Assembly: GCA_017649485.1 (NCBI GenBank)
Contig: JAGCGS010000034.1
Coordinates: 8,571-72,570, forward strand
Source of the DNA: Bacteroidaceae bacterium
Lineage (GTDB): Bacteria > Bacteroidota > Bacteroidia > Bacteroidales > Bacteroidaceae
Length of the DNA stretch: 64,000 nucleotides
Direction: 5' to 3'
Position 1 is the first letter of the stretch; the number at the start of each line of letters is the position of its first letter. The notes under the pieces were generated by a model. The model did no database searches, was not told the origin of the DNA, and was given only the letters and a program-made list of their open reading frames with translations. The position numbers and the translations under genes are program-made. Below are positions 28,512-38,660 of this stretch, one piece after another.

Positions 28512-28695
28512 GCGGCTATACGCAAATGATCATGTGCCTATACCCAATTTGAAACGCACTTTTTATTCCATCTTTTTCTTTGAATTGAGAGAGCAAGAAC
28601 AAAAGAGTCGAGCAGATCAAGATAGACTACGAAATAAAAAACTGACCACAGTTTTACGCACTTACCCAACAACAGTAAAAAAAACACATCTAAAT

Positions 28696-28727
28696 TTTGC
28701 TAAAATGGCAGAAAAGCAGTATGTTTG
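28696..28727 (+). promoter_or_regulatory. Promoter of the double-glycine peptide gene
   Basis: TTTG, 20-nt spacer, TATGTTTG, 27 nt upstream of ATG 28755. Confidence 0.7.
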
Positions 28728-28754
28728 CATATTAAACAGAAAAAAAACAAAGTT

Positions 28755-28997
28755 ATGGACAAGAAAGAGAAAAGAGTCGTACAGATTGAGATTGACGACA
28801 AAGTAAGAAAGCTCACCATCGAAGGCTCTGACAAAGACCAAAATGTGGTTATGCGTGAAGAACTCTCTGAAGATGAGCTTGACCAAGTGGCAGGAGGTCT
28901 TGTAGATGGTTTGGAGTTTGTGTCACAAATTACAAATAATCAGGTTACCCTTAATATCATAAGCGAAAGCTGCACTCAGAAACTCAAGCTAATATAA
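28755..28997 (+). CDS. Double-glycine-leader peptide (bacteriocin/RiPP-type precursor), 80 aa
   Basis: ...MREELSEDELDQVAGG|LVDGLEFVSQITNNQVTLNIISESCTQKLKLI; own promoter and terminator. Confidence 0.78.
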   Translation: MDKKEKRVVQIEIDDKVRKLTIEGSDKDQNVVMREELSEDELDQVAGGLVDGLEFVSQITNNQVTLNIISESCTQKLKLI

Positions 28998-29013
28998 AAT
29001 ATAATTAAGGTGT

Positions 29014-29063
29014 AAAAAAGCCGCAAGACCTTTTCAGGGGTTTCTTGCGGCTCTATTTCTTTT
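29014..29063. terminator. Bidirectional terminator between the peptide gene and rpmH
   Basis: AAAAAA-GCCGCAAGA...TCTTGCGGC-TCTATTTCTTTT. Confidence 0.8.
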
Positions 29064-29079
29064 GCTCAAGAATCGGGGC

Positions 29080-29241
29080 TTAAGCCTTCACGCCATTATA
29101 CTCGTCAGAAACGGTAAGTTTCTTGCGACCCTTGGCACGTCTTGAAGCCAGCACTCTGCGACCATTAGCGGTAGCCATTCTTTCACGGAAACCGTGCTTG
29201 TTCTTTCTCTTTCTGTTAGAGGGTTGGAATGTTCTTTTCAT
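29080..29241 (-). CDS. rpmH: 50S ribosomal protein L34
   Basis: Manual translation [53 protein letters not shown] (absent from the ORF track). Confidence 0.97.
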   Translation of the reverse strand: MKRTFQPSNRKRKNKHGFRERMATANGRRVLASRRAKGRKKLTVSDEYNGVKA

Positions 29242-29423
29242 TGCTTAATATGTTTTACGTTATTATTTTTATCACAATCGGGCTGCAAAATTAGGTACTT
29301 TTTCTAAAATAAGCAAGAGATAATTCTTTTTATATCGATTTTTATTGTGTTTTTTAGCAAATTCCCTTAACTTTGCAACGCAAAACAAAGTATTTTCGAG
29401 TAAAAACAAAAAAATAAACGAGT

Positions 29424-29993
29424 ATGATTAATGCCCAAGACATTAAAATCGGTACCGCTATCCGCATGGATGGCAAATTGTATTTCTGCATTGACTTCCT
29501 GCATGTAAAGCCAGGTAAGGGTAACACATTCATGCGCACCAAGCTTAAAGATGTGGTGAGTGGCTATGTGCTGGAACGCCGTTTCAACATCGGTGAAAAG
29601 TTGGAAGATGTTCGCGTGGAGCGTCGTCCTTATCAGTATCTCTACAAGGAGGGTGAGGACTATATCTTCATGAACCAGGAAACATACGACCAATTGCCTA
29701 TCTCAAAGGAAATCATCAATGGTTCTGACTTCCTGTTGGAAGGAATGGTGGTTGATGTGGTTTCTGACGCTTCAACAGAGACCATCCTCTATGCTGATGT
29801 TCCGGTTAAGGTACAGATGAAGATTACTTACACTGAGCCAGGACTGAAGGGCGATACAGCTACCAACACACTGAAGCCTGCTACTGTTGAGAGTGGCGCT
29901 GAGGTGCGTGTTCCTCTGTTCATCAACGAGGGTGACACAATTGAAATCGACACCCGCGATGGTTCTTACGTAAGTCGCGTGAATGTTAAGTAA
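29424..29993 (+). CDS. efp: Elongation factor P
   Basis: HVKPGKGNTF, PGLKGDTA and VPLFINEGD motifs; TAACTTTG box at 29368-29375. Confidence 0.97.
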   Translation: MINAQDIKIGTAIRMDGKLYFCIDFLHVKPGKGNTFMRTKLKDVVSGYVLERRFNIGEKLEDVRVERRPYQYLYKEGEDYIFMNQETYDQLPISKEIINGSDFLLEGMVVDVVSDASTETILYADVPVKVQMKITYTEPGLKGDTATNTLKPATVESGAEVRVPLFINEGDTIEIDTRDGSYVSRVNVK

Positions 29994-30016
29994 TTAACTG
30001 TTAAAGAAAGTATTAT

Positions 30017-30050
30017 GACTGCTCCCCTTTACGTTTGAAGAGGAGCAGTC
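30017..30050 (+). terminator. Hairpin after efp
   Basis: GACTGCTCC...GGAGCAGTC. Confidence 0.6.
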
Positions 30051-30068
30051 TTGCTATCTGAACTTATC

Positions 30069-31127
30069 ATGAGATTCTCTATCATTATACCTGTATTCAA
30101 TCGGCCTGACGAAGTGGACGAGTTGTTGCAAAGTCTCTCTGGGCAAAGCTTTCGTGATTTTGAAGTGATTATCGTGGAGGATGGCTCAACGGTGCCTTGC
30201 CAACAGATTGTGGAAGACTATGCAAGCAGACTGCCCATTCAATATTATAAGATAGAGAACTCAGGACCTGCAGGTGCCCGAAACTTTGGCTTGACCAAGG
30301 CTTCTGGCGAGTATATCATCTTCTTCGACTCCGACTGTCTTATCCCTGAAGGCTATTTCAGTGCCGTTGAGCAAGCATTGATAGAAAGAAAGGCTGATGC
30401 TTTTGGAGGCCCCGACAGGGCACACACATCATTCACCCCCGTGCAAAAGGCCATCAACTACTCGATGACCTCTTTCTTCACCACTGGAGGCATCAGAGGA
30501 GGAAAACAGAAGATGGACAAGTTTTACCCTCGAAGCTTCAACATGGGAATCAAACGAGAGGTAATCAACACTTTGGGAGGTTTTTCGAAGATGAGGTTTG
30601 GCGAGGATATCGACCTGAGCATCCGCATTGTGAAGGGAGGTTTCAAAAGTTGTCTGTTCAGTGAGGCATGGGTGTATCACAAGCGTCGCACTGACTTGAA
30701 GAAATTCTTCAAGCAGGTCAACAACTCAGGCATAGCTCGCATCAATCTCTTCAAGAAATATCCCGAATCACTCAAGTTGGTGCATCTGTTGCCTGCCTTA
30801 TTCACATTTGGAGTTGCCTTCTGTCTGTTGCTCATCTGTATGGGAATCCTATATGGCATCCTCAACCAAACGGGTATTATCAATATCGACTTCCCAGGAG
30901 GACCAGTAATGGTTGTATTAGGCATGACTCCACTCTTGCTTTTCTCGTTGATTATCTTCCTCGATGCAAGCATACGCAACAAAAGCTTGGAAATAGGCCT
31001 GTTGGCAATTAAAGCTTCCTTCATCCAACTCTTGGGTTATGGAAGTGGGTTCATCAGGGCATGGTGGAAGCGATGCGTCAAACAGGAAGAAGAGTTCGAG
31101 GCGTTTAAGAAGAACTTTTACAAATAA
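30069..31127 (+). CDS. GT2 family glycosyltransferase with C-terminal TM helices
   Basis: FSIIIPVFN, VEDGS, FFDSD and GEDIDL motifs. Confidence 0.92.
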   Translation: MRFSIIIPVFNRPDEVDELLQSLSGQSFRDFEVIIVEDGSTVPCQQIVEDYASRLPIQYYKIENSGPAGARNFGLTKASGEYIIFFDSDCLIPEGYFSAVEQALIERKADAFGGPDRAHTSFTPVQKAINYSMTSFFTTGGIRGGKQKMDKFYPRSFNMGIKREVINTLGGFSKMRFGEDIDLSIRIVKGGFKSCLFSEAWVYHKRRTDLKKFFKQVNNSGIARINLFKKYPESLKLVHLLPALFTFGVAFCLLLICMGILYGILNQTGIINIDFPGGPVMVVLGMTPLLLFSLIIFLDASIRNKSLEIGLLAIKASFIQLLGYGSGFIRAWWKRCVKQEEEFEAFKKNFYK

Positions 31128-31153
31128 TGTTTCACATTTTTCATTCATAACAA

Positions 31154-31843
31154 ATGATGGAAAACCTTTCAATTAACCAATGGGCGATGGAAGATCGCCC
31201 CCGTGAGAAAATGATGACAAAGGGCGTGGAAGCCCTGAGTGATGCCGAGTTACTGGCCATCCTGATTGGCAGTGGTAGCACAGGTGAAAGTGCAGTATCG
31301 CTGATGCAGAGGGTGCTGGCTCGTTGTGGCAACAATCTGAACACCCTTGCCAAGTGGGAATTGCAAGACTATACATCCTTCAAAGGGTTGGGTCCTGCCA
31401 AGGGTATCAAAGTGATGGCGGCTTTGGAGTTGGGCAAACGGAGAGCTTCACAAAGTCCTACCGACAGACCTGTTATCAAGGAATCAACAGATATTTATCG
31501 CATTTTTCATCCCCTACTCTGTGACTTGCCCCACGAAGAGTTCTGGCTCTTGATGATGAATCAGGCGGCTAAGGTTATCGGCAAGGTTCGCATCAGTCAG
31601 GGAGGTATTGACCAGACAGCCGTAGATGTAAGAACCATCATGAGAGAGGCTATCCTCCACCAAGCCACACAGATAGCACTGGCTCATAACCATCCTTCAG
31701 GCAATGTGATGCCCAGTCAAGCCGATATGTTCTTGACCAACAACATTCGCAAGGCATCAGATATCATGAACATCCGGCTCACTGATCATGTGATTGTGAC
31801 AGACGGACATTACTTTAGCTTTCATGACCAAGCGCTAATATAA
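31154..31843 (+). CDS. radC: RadC/JAB-domain protein
   Basis: EDRPREK, LSDAELLAILI and AHNHPSG...SQAD...DHVIV motifs. Confidence 0.93.
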   Translation: MMENLSINQWAMEDRPREKMMTKGVEALSDAELLAILIGSGSTGESAVSLMQRVLARCGNNLNTLAKWELQDYTSFKGLGPAKGIKVMAALELGKRRASQSPTDRPVIKESTDIYRIFHPLLCDLPHEEFWLLMMNQAAKVIGKVRISQGGIDQTAVDVRTIMREAILHQATQIALAHNHPSGNVMPSQADMFLTNNIRKASDIMNIRLTDHVIVTDGHYFSFHDQALI

Positions 31844-31905
31844 AGTCAATAAGTTTGCTCCTTTCGATGAAAAATTCTATTTTTGCAGACGCTATTGAAA
31901 AGAAT

Positions 31906-32217
31906 ATGGAAACTTTTGCATTAGAAGAGAAAATTGTAGAGATGCTCAAGACGGTCTATGACCCTGAAATTCCTGTCAATGTATATGACTTAGGACTCAT
32001 TTACAAGATTGACGTGGATGAGGAGGGTGAGGTGAAGATCGACATGACGCTTACGGCTCCTTCGTGCCCTGCAGGTGATTTCATTGCAGAAGATATCCGC
32101 TTGAAGGTGAATTCCATCAAAGGTGTGAAATCCACAACCATCAATATCGTGTTCGAACCCGAATGGAACCAGGACATGATGACGGAAGAAGCGAAACTGG
32201 AGTTAGGTTTTATGTAA
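31906..32217 (+). CDS. DUF59 / SufT-like Fe-S assembly protein
   Basis: VYDPEIPVNVYDLGLIY and MTLTAPSCP motifs. Confidence 0.9.
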   Translation: METFALEEKIVEMLKTVYDPEIPVNVYDLGLIYKIDVDEEGEVKIDMTLTAPSCPAGDFIAEDIRLKVNSIKGVKSTTINIVFEPEWNQDMMTEEAKLELGFM

Positions 32218-32228
32218 AAAGATTGTGT

Positions 32229-32993
32229 ATGAAGAAAGTGTTTTTCCTCTCTGACGCCCACCTTGGTTCACTGGCTATTGAGCATAGTCGAACACAGGAA
32301 CGCCGATTGGTGAATTTCCTGGATAAGATTAAGCATCAGGCAGGTGCCATCTACTTGATGGGCGACATGTTCGACTTCTGGTATGAGTTCAAGACTGTGG
32401 TACCTAAGGGCTATACCCGATTCTTGGGCAAGTTGTCAGAACTGACTGACATGGGGATAGAGGTGCATTTCTTCACAGGCAACCACGATATTTGGTGCTA
32501 CGATTATTTGGTAAAGGAGTGTGGTGTTATCCTGCATAAGGAACCTCTGACTACAGAGATTTATGGCAAGGAGTTCTATTTGGCTCATGGCGATGGGTTG
32601 GGCGACCCAGGGGTTACATTCAAACTTTTACGAGCCATGTTTCATAGTACCACTTTGCAGAAGTTGTTTTCTATGATTCACCCCCGTTGGAGTGTCTCCT
32701 TCGGCTTGCAATGGGCCAAGTATAGCCGACTGAAACGCAAGGATGGTAGGGAACCCGAATACATGGGCGAGGATAAGGAGTACCTGGTGTTGTGGACAAA
32801 GGAGTACCTGAAGACACACCCTGGCATCAATTACTTTGTGTATGGGCATCGGCATATCGAACTGGATCTCACCCTGAATGAGAATACCCGCATGCTCATC
32901 CTCGGAGATTGGATTAATTTCTTCACCTATGCCGTATTTGATGGCGAGAACATGTTTATGGAGAACTTCATCGAGGGAGAAACAATATTGTAA
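32229..32993 (+). CDS. lpxH: UDP-2,3-diacylglucosamine hydrolase (LpxH-like metallophosphoesterase)
   Basis: SDAHLG, GDMFDFW, GNHD, HGDG and GHRH motifs. Confidence 0.88.
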   Translation: MKKVFFLSDAHLGSLAIEHSRTQERRLVNFLDKIKHQAGAIYLMGDMFDFWYEFKTVVPKGYTRFLGKLSELTDMGIEVHFFTGNHDIWCYDYLVKECGVILHKEPLTTEIYGKEFYLAHGDGLGDPGVTFKLLRAMFHSTTLQKLFSMIHPRWSVSFGLQWAKYSRLKRKDGREPEYMGEDKEYLVLWTKEYLKTHPGINYFVYGHRHIELDLTLNENTRMLILGDWINFFTYAVFDGENMFMENFIEGETIL

Positions 32994-33010
32994 CTAAACC
33001 AAGAATCATT

Positions 33011-34756
33011 ATGAATAGACCTATGAAAAACATCCTGTTGACAGTTGTGGCATTATTTGCCTTAACTGTAGCTCAAGCCCAACATAAAGCTCCGAAGTGG
33101 TTGGAAGATGCCGTTTTTTACCAAATCTATCCTTCTGCCTTCATGGATAGTGACGGCAATGGCATTGGTGATTTGCCAGGCATCACCAGCAAACTGAACT
33201 ATATCAAAGATCTGGGCGTCAATAGCATCTGGTTGAATGCATGTTGTGTATCTGGTTGGAAAGACGGTGGCTATGACGTGATAGACTATTACAAGATTGA
33301 CCCTCGCTTTGGCACGAATACCGACTTGGTGAACTTGGTAAATGAAGCCCATCGTTTGGGCATTCGTGTCTGTATGGATTTGGTGGCAGGTCATTCAAGC
33401 GACCAGAGCGAGTGGTTCTTACAGTCGAAAAGTGGCAAAGATATGCGCTATAGCGACTACTACATCTGGACTGACGAAATCAGTGAACAGGAGAAACAAC
33501 TGATTATCCAACGTCACCAGGAAGTGAACCCTGCCGCCAGTTTTACAGGCAGGTTTGTGGAAGCCAATGCCCCTCGTGCCAAGTATTATGAGAAGAATTA
33601 TTACGAGAGTCAACCTGCTTTGAATTATGGCTATGCCAACCCCGACCCCAATCATCCTTGGGAGCAACCTGTAACAGCTCCAGGACCTCGTGCCTTGCGT
33701 CAGGAGATGAAGAACATCATGGCTTTCTGGTTCGACAAGGGAGTGGATGGCTTCCGTGTGGATATGGCACAGAGCCTGGTAAAGAACGATACTGATGGCA
33801 AGGCAACTGCTTCTCTCTGGCATGAGATGCGCTCTTGGCTCGATGCCAATTACCCTGACCGCATTTTGCTCGCAGAGTGGTCTGCACCCATGACTTCCAT
33901 CCCTGCTGGTTTCGACATCGACTTCTTTTTGCCTTGGCGAGACAACAACGGTTACAAAGAGCTGATTTTGCCAGAACCATACGGTGTGCATAAGAAGGAT
34001 TACTTCCACCCTGATGGCAACGGAAGCATTCAGGCCTTTGTGCCATATTATACCAAGTGTCTCCAGGAGTTGGGAGACAAAGGCTATGTGGCATTGCAAA
34101 CCTCCAACCACGACTTCCACCGTCCGAACTATGGTGATCGCAATACCATCGAGCAATTGAAGGTCTCAACGATGTTCTTCCTCACGCTTCACAGTATGCC
34201 TTTTATCTATTATGGCGATGAGATTGGCATGAAGTACAATGTAAATGCACCTGAGAAAGAGGGTTCTCGCGAAGACAGGCCAGGTTTCTTCAATGAACGC
34301 TCAGGTGAACGTACCCCAATGCAATGGACGAATGGCAAGAACGCAGGTTTCTCAACCTGTGAACCTCAAGATTTGTTCTTGCCCATCGATACTGACAATA
34401 ATCGTCTGACGGTAGAGACTCAGGAGAAAGACCCTAATTCACTCTTGAACTTTGTGAAAGACTTGCTGAAGCTCAGAAAGAAACACAAGGCGATGGGTAA
34501 TACAGGCAATTGGACATACGTTGGGGATGTGAACCAGCCCTACCCTATGATTTACAAACGCAGTGCGGGCAATGAGACCTTCATGGTGGTGTTGAACCCA
34601 AGTGCCAAGAAGGTAAATGCCTCCATTCCTACACAAGGGGGCAAGGTGGCTACTTTTGTAATAGGTAGTGGCAAGACAAGCTATAAACCAGGCAAAATGT
34701 CAGATAAGATTGAAATGAATGGCATCTCGTGTGCCATATATAAGATTGAAGAATAG
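33011..34756 (+). CDS. GH13 alpha-amylase family glycosidase, secreted
   Basis: FYQIYP, DGGYDV, DGFRVDMA, LAEW, SNHD, YYGDEIGM and RTPMQW motifs. Confidence 0.92.
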   Translation: MNRPMKNILLTVVALFALTVAQAQHKAPKWLEDAVFYQIYPSAFMDSDGNGIGDLPGITSKLNYIKDLGVNSIWLNACCVSGWKDGGYDVIDYYKIDPRFGTNTDLVNLVNEAHRLGIRVCMDLVAGHSSDQSEWFLQSKSGKDMRYSDYYIWTDEISEQEKQLIIQRHQEVNPAASFTGRFVEANAPRAKYYEKNYYESQPALNYGYANPDPNHPWEQPVTAPGPRALRQEMKNIMAFWFDKGVDGFRVDMAQSLVKNDTDGKATASLWHEMRSWLDANYPDRILLAEWSAPMTSIPAGFDIDFFLPWRDNNGYKELILPEPYGVHKKDYFHPDGNGSIQAFVPYYTKCLQELGDKGYVALQTSNHDFHRPNYGDRNTIEQLKVSTMFFLTLHSMPFIYYGDEIGMKYNVNAPEKEGSREDRPGFFNERSGERTPMQWTNGKNAGFSTCEPQDLFLPIDTDNNRLTVETQEKDPNSLLNFVKDLLKLRKKHKAMGNTGNWTYVGDVNQPYPMIYKRSAGNETFMVVLNPSAKKVNASIPTQGGKVATFVIGSGKTSYKPGKMSDKIEMNGISCAIYKIEE

Positions 34757-34761
34757 AAAAG

Positions 34762-36588
34762 TTATCTGAACATCCTTCCAATTTCATCATCAGTTATTGT
34801 GGCTATGACAGGATGGCCATCAGGGGTGTAAGCAGGGGTAGATAAGGCAAAAAGCCGGTCTTCAAGGTCAGTCATCTCCTCTGGGGTCAGCACCTGCCCA
34901 TAAACGATGGCAGAGGCTTGTGCCAATGTCAAAGCAATGGTTTGTTGAATCTCCTCTTTCACGTCGCTACCCTTCTCCATAGCCGTATGCACCATACTAC
35001 GCACCAGTTCCACAGGATTCAAACCCTCAATGCCGGCAGGCACTCCATTGATGGCATAGCTACCCCCACCTAATGAAGTGAGTTCAAAGCCAACAGCTTG
35101 TAGATCTGCAATGATACTATCTAACATGGTAGCCTCAGATGGTGCCAATTGCACCATTTCCGGGAACAACAAGCCTTGAGAGGCACTCTTCCCTTGCTTC
35201 ACTTGATGCATATATTGCTCGAAAAGCACCCTTACATGAGCCCTGTGTTGGTCTATCAACATTAAACCCGACTTCACTGACGTCAGAATATAACGGCCCT
35301 TGTACTGCATTATCAACGAAGCCCTCTCCGTCACTTCCAACAAAGAGCCTTTTGCCTCACCTGAATCTGCCATCGGCTCAGTAGAAATTTCTGACTTTTC
35401 AACAGTATGCAAACCCTGATAGAGTTGCTCCCATTGTTGACTTGTTGACTGTCTTCTATACTCCTGTCCTCTATCATTGAACGGATTGTAATGAGGATTC
35501 ACATGTACTTGGGGAGGTGCAACTTGACGATTGGCAGGATTAAACACAGGCATATTCTCCGGCATATCCGCCATATCGAAATCAATGGAGGGGATAGCAT
35601 TAAACCTTCCCAAGGTTTCTTTTACAGATGCTGCAAGTATTTGCCAGATTGACTGCTCATTCTCAAACTTTATCTCTGTCTTGGTTGGGTGGATATTCAC
35701 ATCGATATTGGCAGGATCCACCTCGAAGTACAGGAAATACGACACTTGCTCTCCCACAGGAATCAGTTGCTCATAAGCCTCCATCACCGCTTTATGGAAA
35801 TAGGGGTGACGCATATACCTGCCATTCACGAAGAAGAACTGATGGTTACCTCTTTTATGAGAGAACTCAGGTTTAGAGACGAAGCCCGTTATACGAATCA
35901 GTGTAGTATCTACCTCCACAGGCAACAGTTGTTCGTCTAATCGTTTGCCAAACACAGCTAAGATACGTTGCCTCAATGTCGATGTTGGCAGGTTGTACAC
36001 TTCAATACCATTGCTATGCATCGTAAATGCAACATCAGGATGCACCAATACGATGCGATCAAACTCTGTCATGATGTTGCTCAGCTCTGTGGCGTTCATC
36101 TTCAGGAATTTCCTCCTGGCTGGTACATTATAGAAAAGGTTCTTTACCAAGAAACTACTACCTTTTGGACAAGCAGTTGTTTCTTGCACCTGTACTTTTG
36201 AGCCAGCAATCACCAAACGAGTACCCAACTCCTCTTCAGCCGTGCGAGTCTTCAGCTCCACCTCCGACACAGCGGCGATGGATGCTAAGGCTTCACCTCG
36301 GAAGCCCATAGTATGCAGGTTGAACAAGTCAGCAGCTACCTTGATCTTAGAGGTAGCATGACGTTCAAAAGCCATACGGGCATCAGTTTCCGACATGCCC
36401 TTGCCATCGTCAATCACCTGCACACAGGTCTTGCCGGAATCAGTTACCAACACATGCACTTGCCTTGCTTCGGCATCAATGGCATTCTCAACCAATTCCT
36501 TGATCAAAGAAGCAGGGCGTTGAATCACCTCCCCTGCAGCAATCTGGTTGGCAACAGAATCGGGTAAAAGTCGGATTACGTCGCTCAT
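34762..36588 (-). CDS. mutL: DNA mismatch repair endonuclease MutL
   Basis: [30 protein letters not shown] and DQHRAH motifs. Confidence 0.97.
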   Translation of the reverse strand: MSDVIRLLPDSVANQIAAGEVIQRPASLIKELVENAIDAEARQVHVLVTDSGKTCVQVIDDGKGMSETDARMAFERHATSKIKVAADLFNLHTMGFRGEALASIAAVSEVELKTRTAEEELGTRLVIAGSKVQVQETTACPKGSSFLVKNLFYNVPARRKFLKMNATELSNIMTEFDRIVLVHPDVAFTMHSNGIEVYNLPTSTLRQRILAVFGKRLDEQLLPVEVDTTLIRITGFVSKPEFSHKRGNHQFFFVNGRYMRHPYFHKAVMEAYEQLIPVGEQVSYFLYFEVDPANIDVNIHPTKTEIKFENEQSIWQILAASVKETLGRFNAIPSIDFDMADMPENMPVFNPANRQVAPPQVHVNPHYNPFNDRGQEYRRQSTSQQWEQLYQGLHTVEKSEISTEPMADSGEAKGSLLEVTERASLIMQYKGRYILTSVKSGLMLIDQHRAHVRVLFEQYMHQVKQGKSASQGLLFPEMVQLAPSEATMLDSIIADLQAVGFELTSLGGGSYAINGVPAGIEGLNPVELVRSMVHTAMEKGSDVKEEIQQTIALTLAQASAIVYGQVLTPEEMTDLEDRLFALSTPAYTPDGHPVIATITDDEIGRMFR

Positions 36589-36875
36589 TATATCACTCCA
36601 TTCATAATGGCATACCAAACCCACAACAAGACGATGATCAAGAAGATGATCATAGCGTTGTTGGATTTACTACCCTTCTCTTTAAAACGTTTCAAGTGCG
36701 TAGTGCTCTCAGCGAACTTTCCCCTGATGTCTTCAGGGTCAAACTCCTTGGGAGGTAGCATGCCTAACTCTCGCTTGGCATTTTCTTCTATCTTCGCCAG
36801 CTTCTCCTTACGCTCATCAACGTAGATCCAATTATGATGAAAGCCTCTGGGCTTCCTGACTGAGAACATTCCCAT
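36588..36875 (-). CDS. Conserved small membrane protein upstream of mutL
   Basis: [18 protein letters not shown] motif and C-terminal TM helix; typical Bacteroidales ostA-X-mutL order. Confidence 0.75.
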   Translation of the reverse strand: MGMFSVRKPRGFHHNWIYVDERKEKLAKIEENAKRELGMLPPKEFDPEDIRGKFAESTTHLKRFKEKGSKSNNAMIIFLIIVLLWVWYAIMNGVI

Positions 36876-36941
36876 AGTTATTTATTTTTTTATTGACCAT
36901 TTACGATTGACCATTGACCCTTAACCAATGACGATTATTAA

Positions 36942-38618
36942 CTATCGCCTACCGTGTCTGATCTTAATGTCACGAGGTGCGCCAGTCGATTCTCTGTCAA
37001 TCTTCTTGAGCACCTGGTCGGCAGGTTTGCTTTTCCACTCAAAGATATCGTCCTTATCACGAGGTCTCATATAGTCGAACCACACGAAAGCCTCCAGTTT
37101 GTCCTTGCCCTTGGGCACTTTACTAAGAGGATAAGCCGTACCAGTGGTCTTACCCACAAACATACCCTTGTCCATCTTACGATCCTTCATAAACATTTTC
37201 AGATAACTGCCTTCGGCATACACCATCACGATGATGGTGGAGTCCTTCTCATCGATAGGATGATAAATAGTCAGAACATTACCATTCACCTCAGTTTCCC
37301 TAATTTCTCCTCCCACGAAGTGCGCAATCATCTCCTTGCCTGTTATCTGATTAAAATGAGCCGAGTCAAATCGTTCTATCGCCAGTGCTTGGTTGATGAT
37401 ATGAGCCCTTTCAATGGTACTGTCATTCGAGAACACCTTCACCATCTCACCCAAGAGTTGTTCCTCACCATGCCACAATACAGGATCGCGATACATGGTC
37501 ATGCATGAGTCCTTGCTATTCACCACCAAGGAGTCACACACTGCCTGTACATCACTACGATACACCCTCACATGGTTATAAGCCCTCATCTCCCTATAGG
37601 TAGAGTCTGTCTTGGGGTAGAAAGTCACCAGTCTCAACGTGTCGCCATGCATATACAGACTGTCACCTTGTGAATAGTCGATTGCTACTGCACGCTTGGT
37701 TGCAAAAGCATTCTCCTGTAACTCATCATAGAAGCAATAGTCGCCCGTAAGCACATTCTTATTCACCGTATCGTTGAGGGCAACACGTCCGAAAGCCTCG
37801 CCAAAACCCTGTTGACGGTCATAAAGCAACGTGTCACCTGTCAGTCGTCGTCCTTCGTTCACCACTACAGAACGGTTAAACAATTCTCCACGCTCAGTCA
37901 CCGTATTATAGACACCCGAACTGGTATAGACATGCGACTGTTCATTCACTATCTCAGCCTCACTGTTGATGGTGGCAATCTTGGTGGCTGTATTATAAGT
38001 CAGATCTTCTGAGGTTAGGGTGAACTGAGGATTGACCAGCTCCACATTTACCTCAAACACGGCCTGCTTGGTAACAGGACTATACTCACCCAATACAGAA
38101 GTCAGTACGTTCACCGTATCACGCAAGGTACCTCCATCGAAGTAGTAGCCCAAGTTCATCACACGGTCATAGTCCAAGCTATCGGTTTCCAATTGCGTTT
38201 CACGGTTAATGAGTCGCACATTCTCACGTAGTTTCGCCAACTGAGCTATACCGTCGTAATACATATAGTCGCCATAGATAAACAGGGTATCACCCTGCTC
38301 CATACGGCAATTGCCGAAAGCTTCCACCGAGTTGATCTTCTCGAATATCAACGCACTGTCGCAATACATATACATGCTATCATGCTTCAACTTCACCGAG
38401 CCACGAAGCACCTGCACATCTGGGCGTTGGTTCTGGTCTGCCACAGCCTCGTCGGCATACAGCAAGTCAATGCGAACCTTTTGCTTCTGGGGGTCTTGAT
38501 CGACATTGACCATTGACCATTGACCATTGACCATTGACATGAAAGACAGACCGAATAGCGCAAACAAAACTCCTTGCGCCAATCTATACACCCCATGTCT
38601 AAATCCTCCACTCCGCAT
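36942..38618 (-). CDS. OstA-like (LptA/LptD N-terminal beta-jellyroll) protein
   Basis: MYCDSA, EAFGNCRMEQGDTL and repeated D-S/T-L motifs; position after surA. Confidence 0.85.
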   Translation of the reverse strand: MRSGGFRHGVYRLAQGVLFALFGLSFMSMVNGQWSMVNVDQDPQKQKVRIDLLYADEAVADQNQRPDVQVLRGSVKLKHDSMYMYCDSALIFEKINSVEAFGNCRMEQGDTLFIYGDYMYYDGIAQLAKLRENVRLINRETQLETDSLDYDRVMNLGYYFDGGTLRDTVNVLTSVLGEYSPVTKQAVFEVNVELVNPQFTLTSEDLTYNTATKIATINSEAEIVNEQSHVYTSSGVYNTVTERGELFNRSVVVNEGRRLTGDTLLYDRQQGFGEAFGRVALNDTVNKNVLTGDYCFYDELQENAFATKRAVAIDYSQGDSLYMHGDTLRLVTFYPKTDSTYREMRAYNHVRVYRSDVQAVCDSLVVNSKDSCMTMYRDPVLWHGEEQLLGEMVKVFSNDSTIERAHIINQALAIERFDSAHFNQITGKEMIAHFVGGEIRETEVNGNVLTIYHPIDEKDSTIIVMVYAEGSYLKMFMKDRKMDKGMFVGKTTGTAYPLSKVPKGKDKLEAFVWFDYMRPRDKDDIFEWKSKPADQVLKKIDRESTGAPRDIKIRHGRR

Positions 38619-38660
38619 GGCAATCTTCAATTTTCAATCTTCAATGTTCAATGTTCAATC

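Noticed and set aside
28510-28886. ORFs 28510-28806 (+) and 28662-28886 (-)
   Set aside because: They overlap the promoter and the better-supported GG-leader peptide gene and have low-complexity, non-protein-like composition.
31154-31843. RadC/JAB as a mobile-element or CBASS marker
   Set aside because: It is a full-length chromosomal RadC in the usual efp-GT2-radC context, with no E1/E2 or cyclase genes.
33419-34156. Long antisense ORFs (e.g. 33419-34156, 45243-45974, 46050-46652, 47467-48090)
   Set aside because: They are shadow frames opposite well-supported genes and contain no recognisable motifs.
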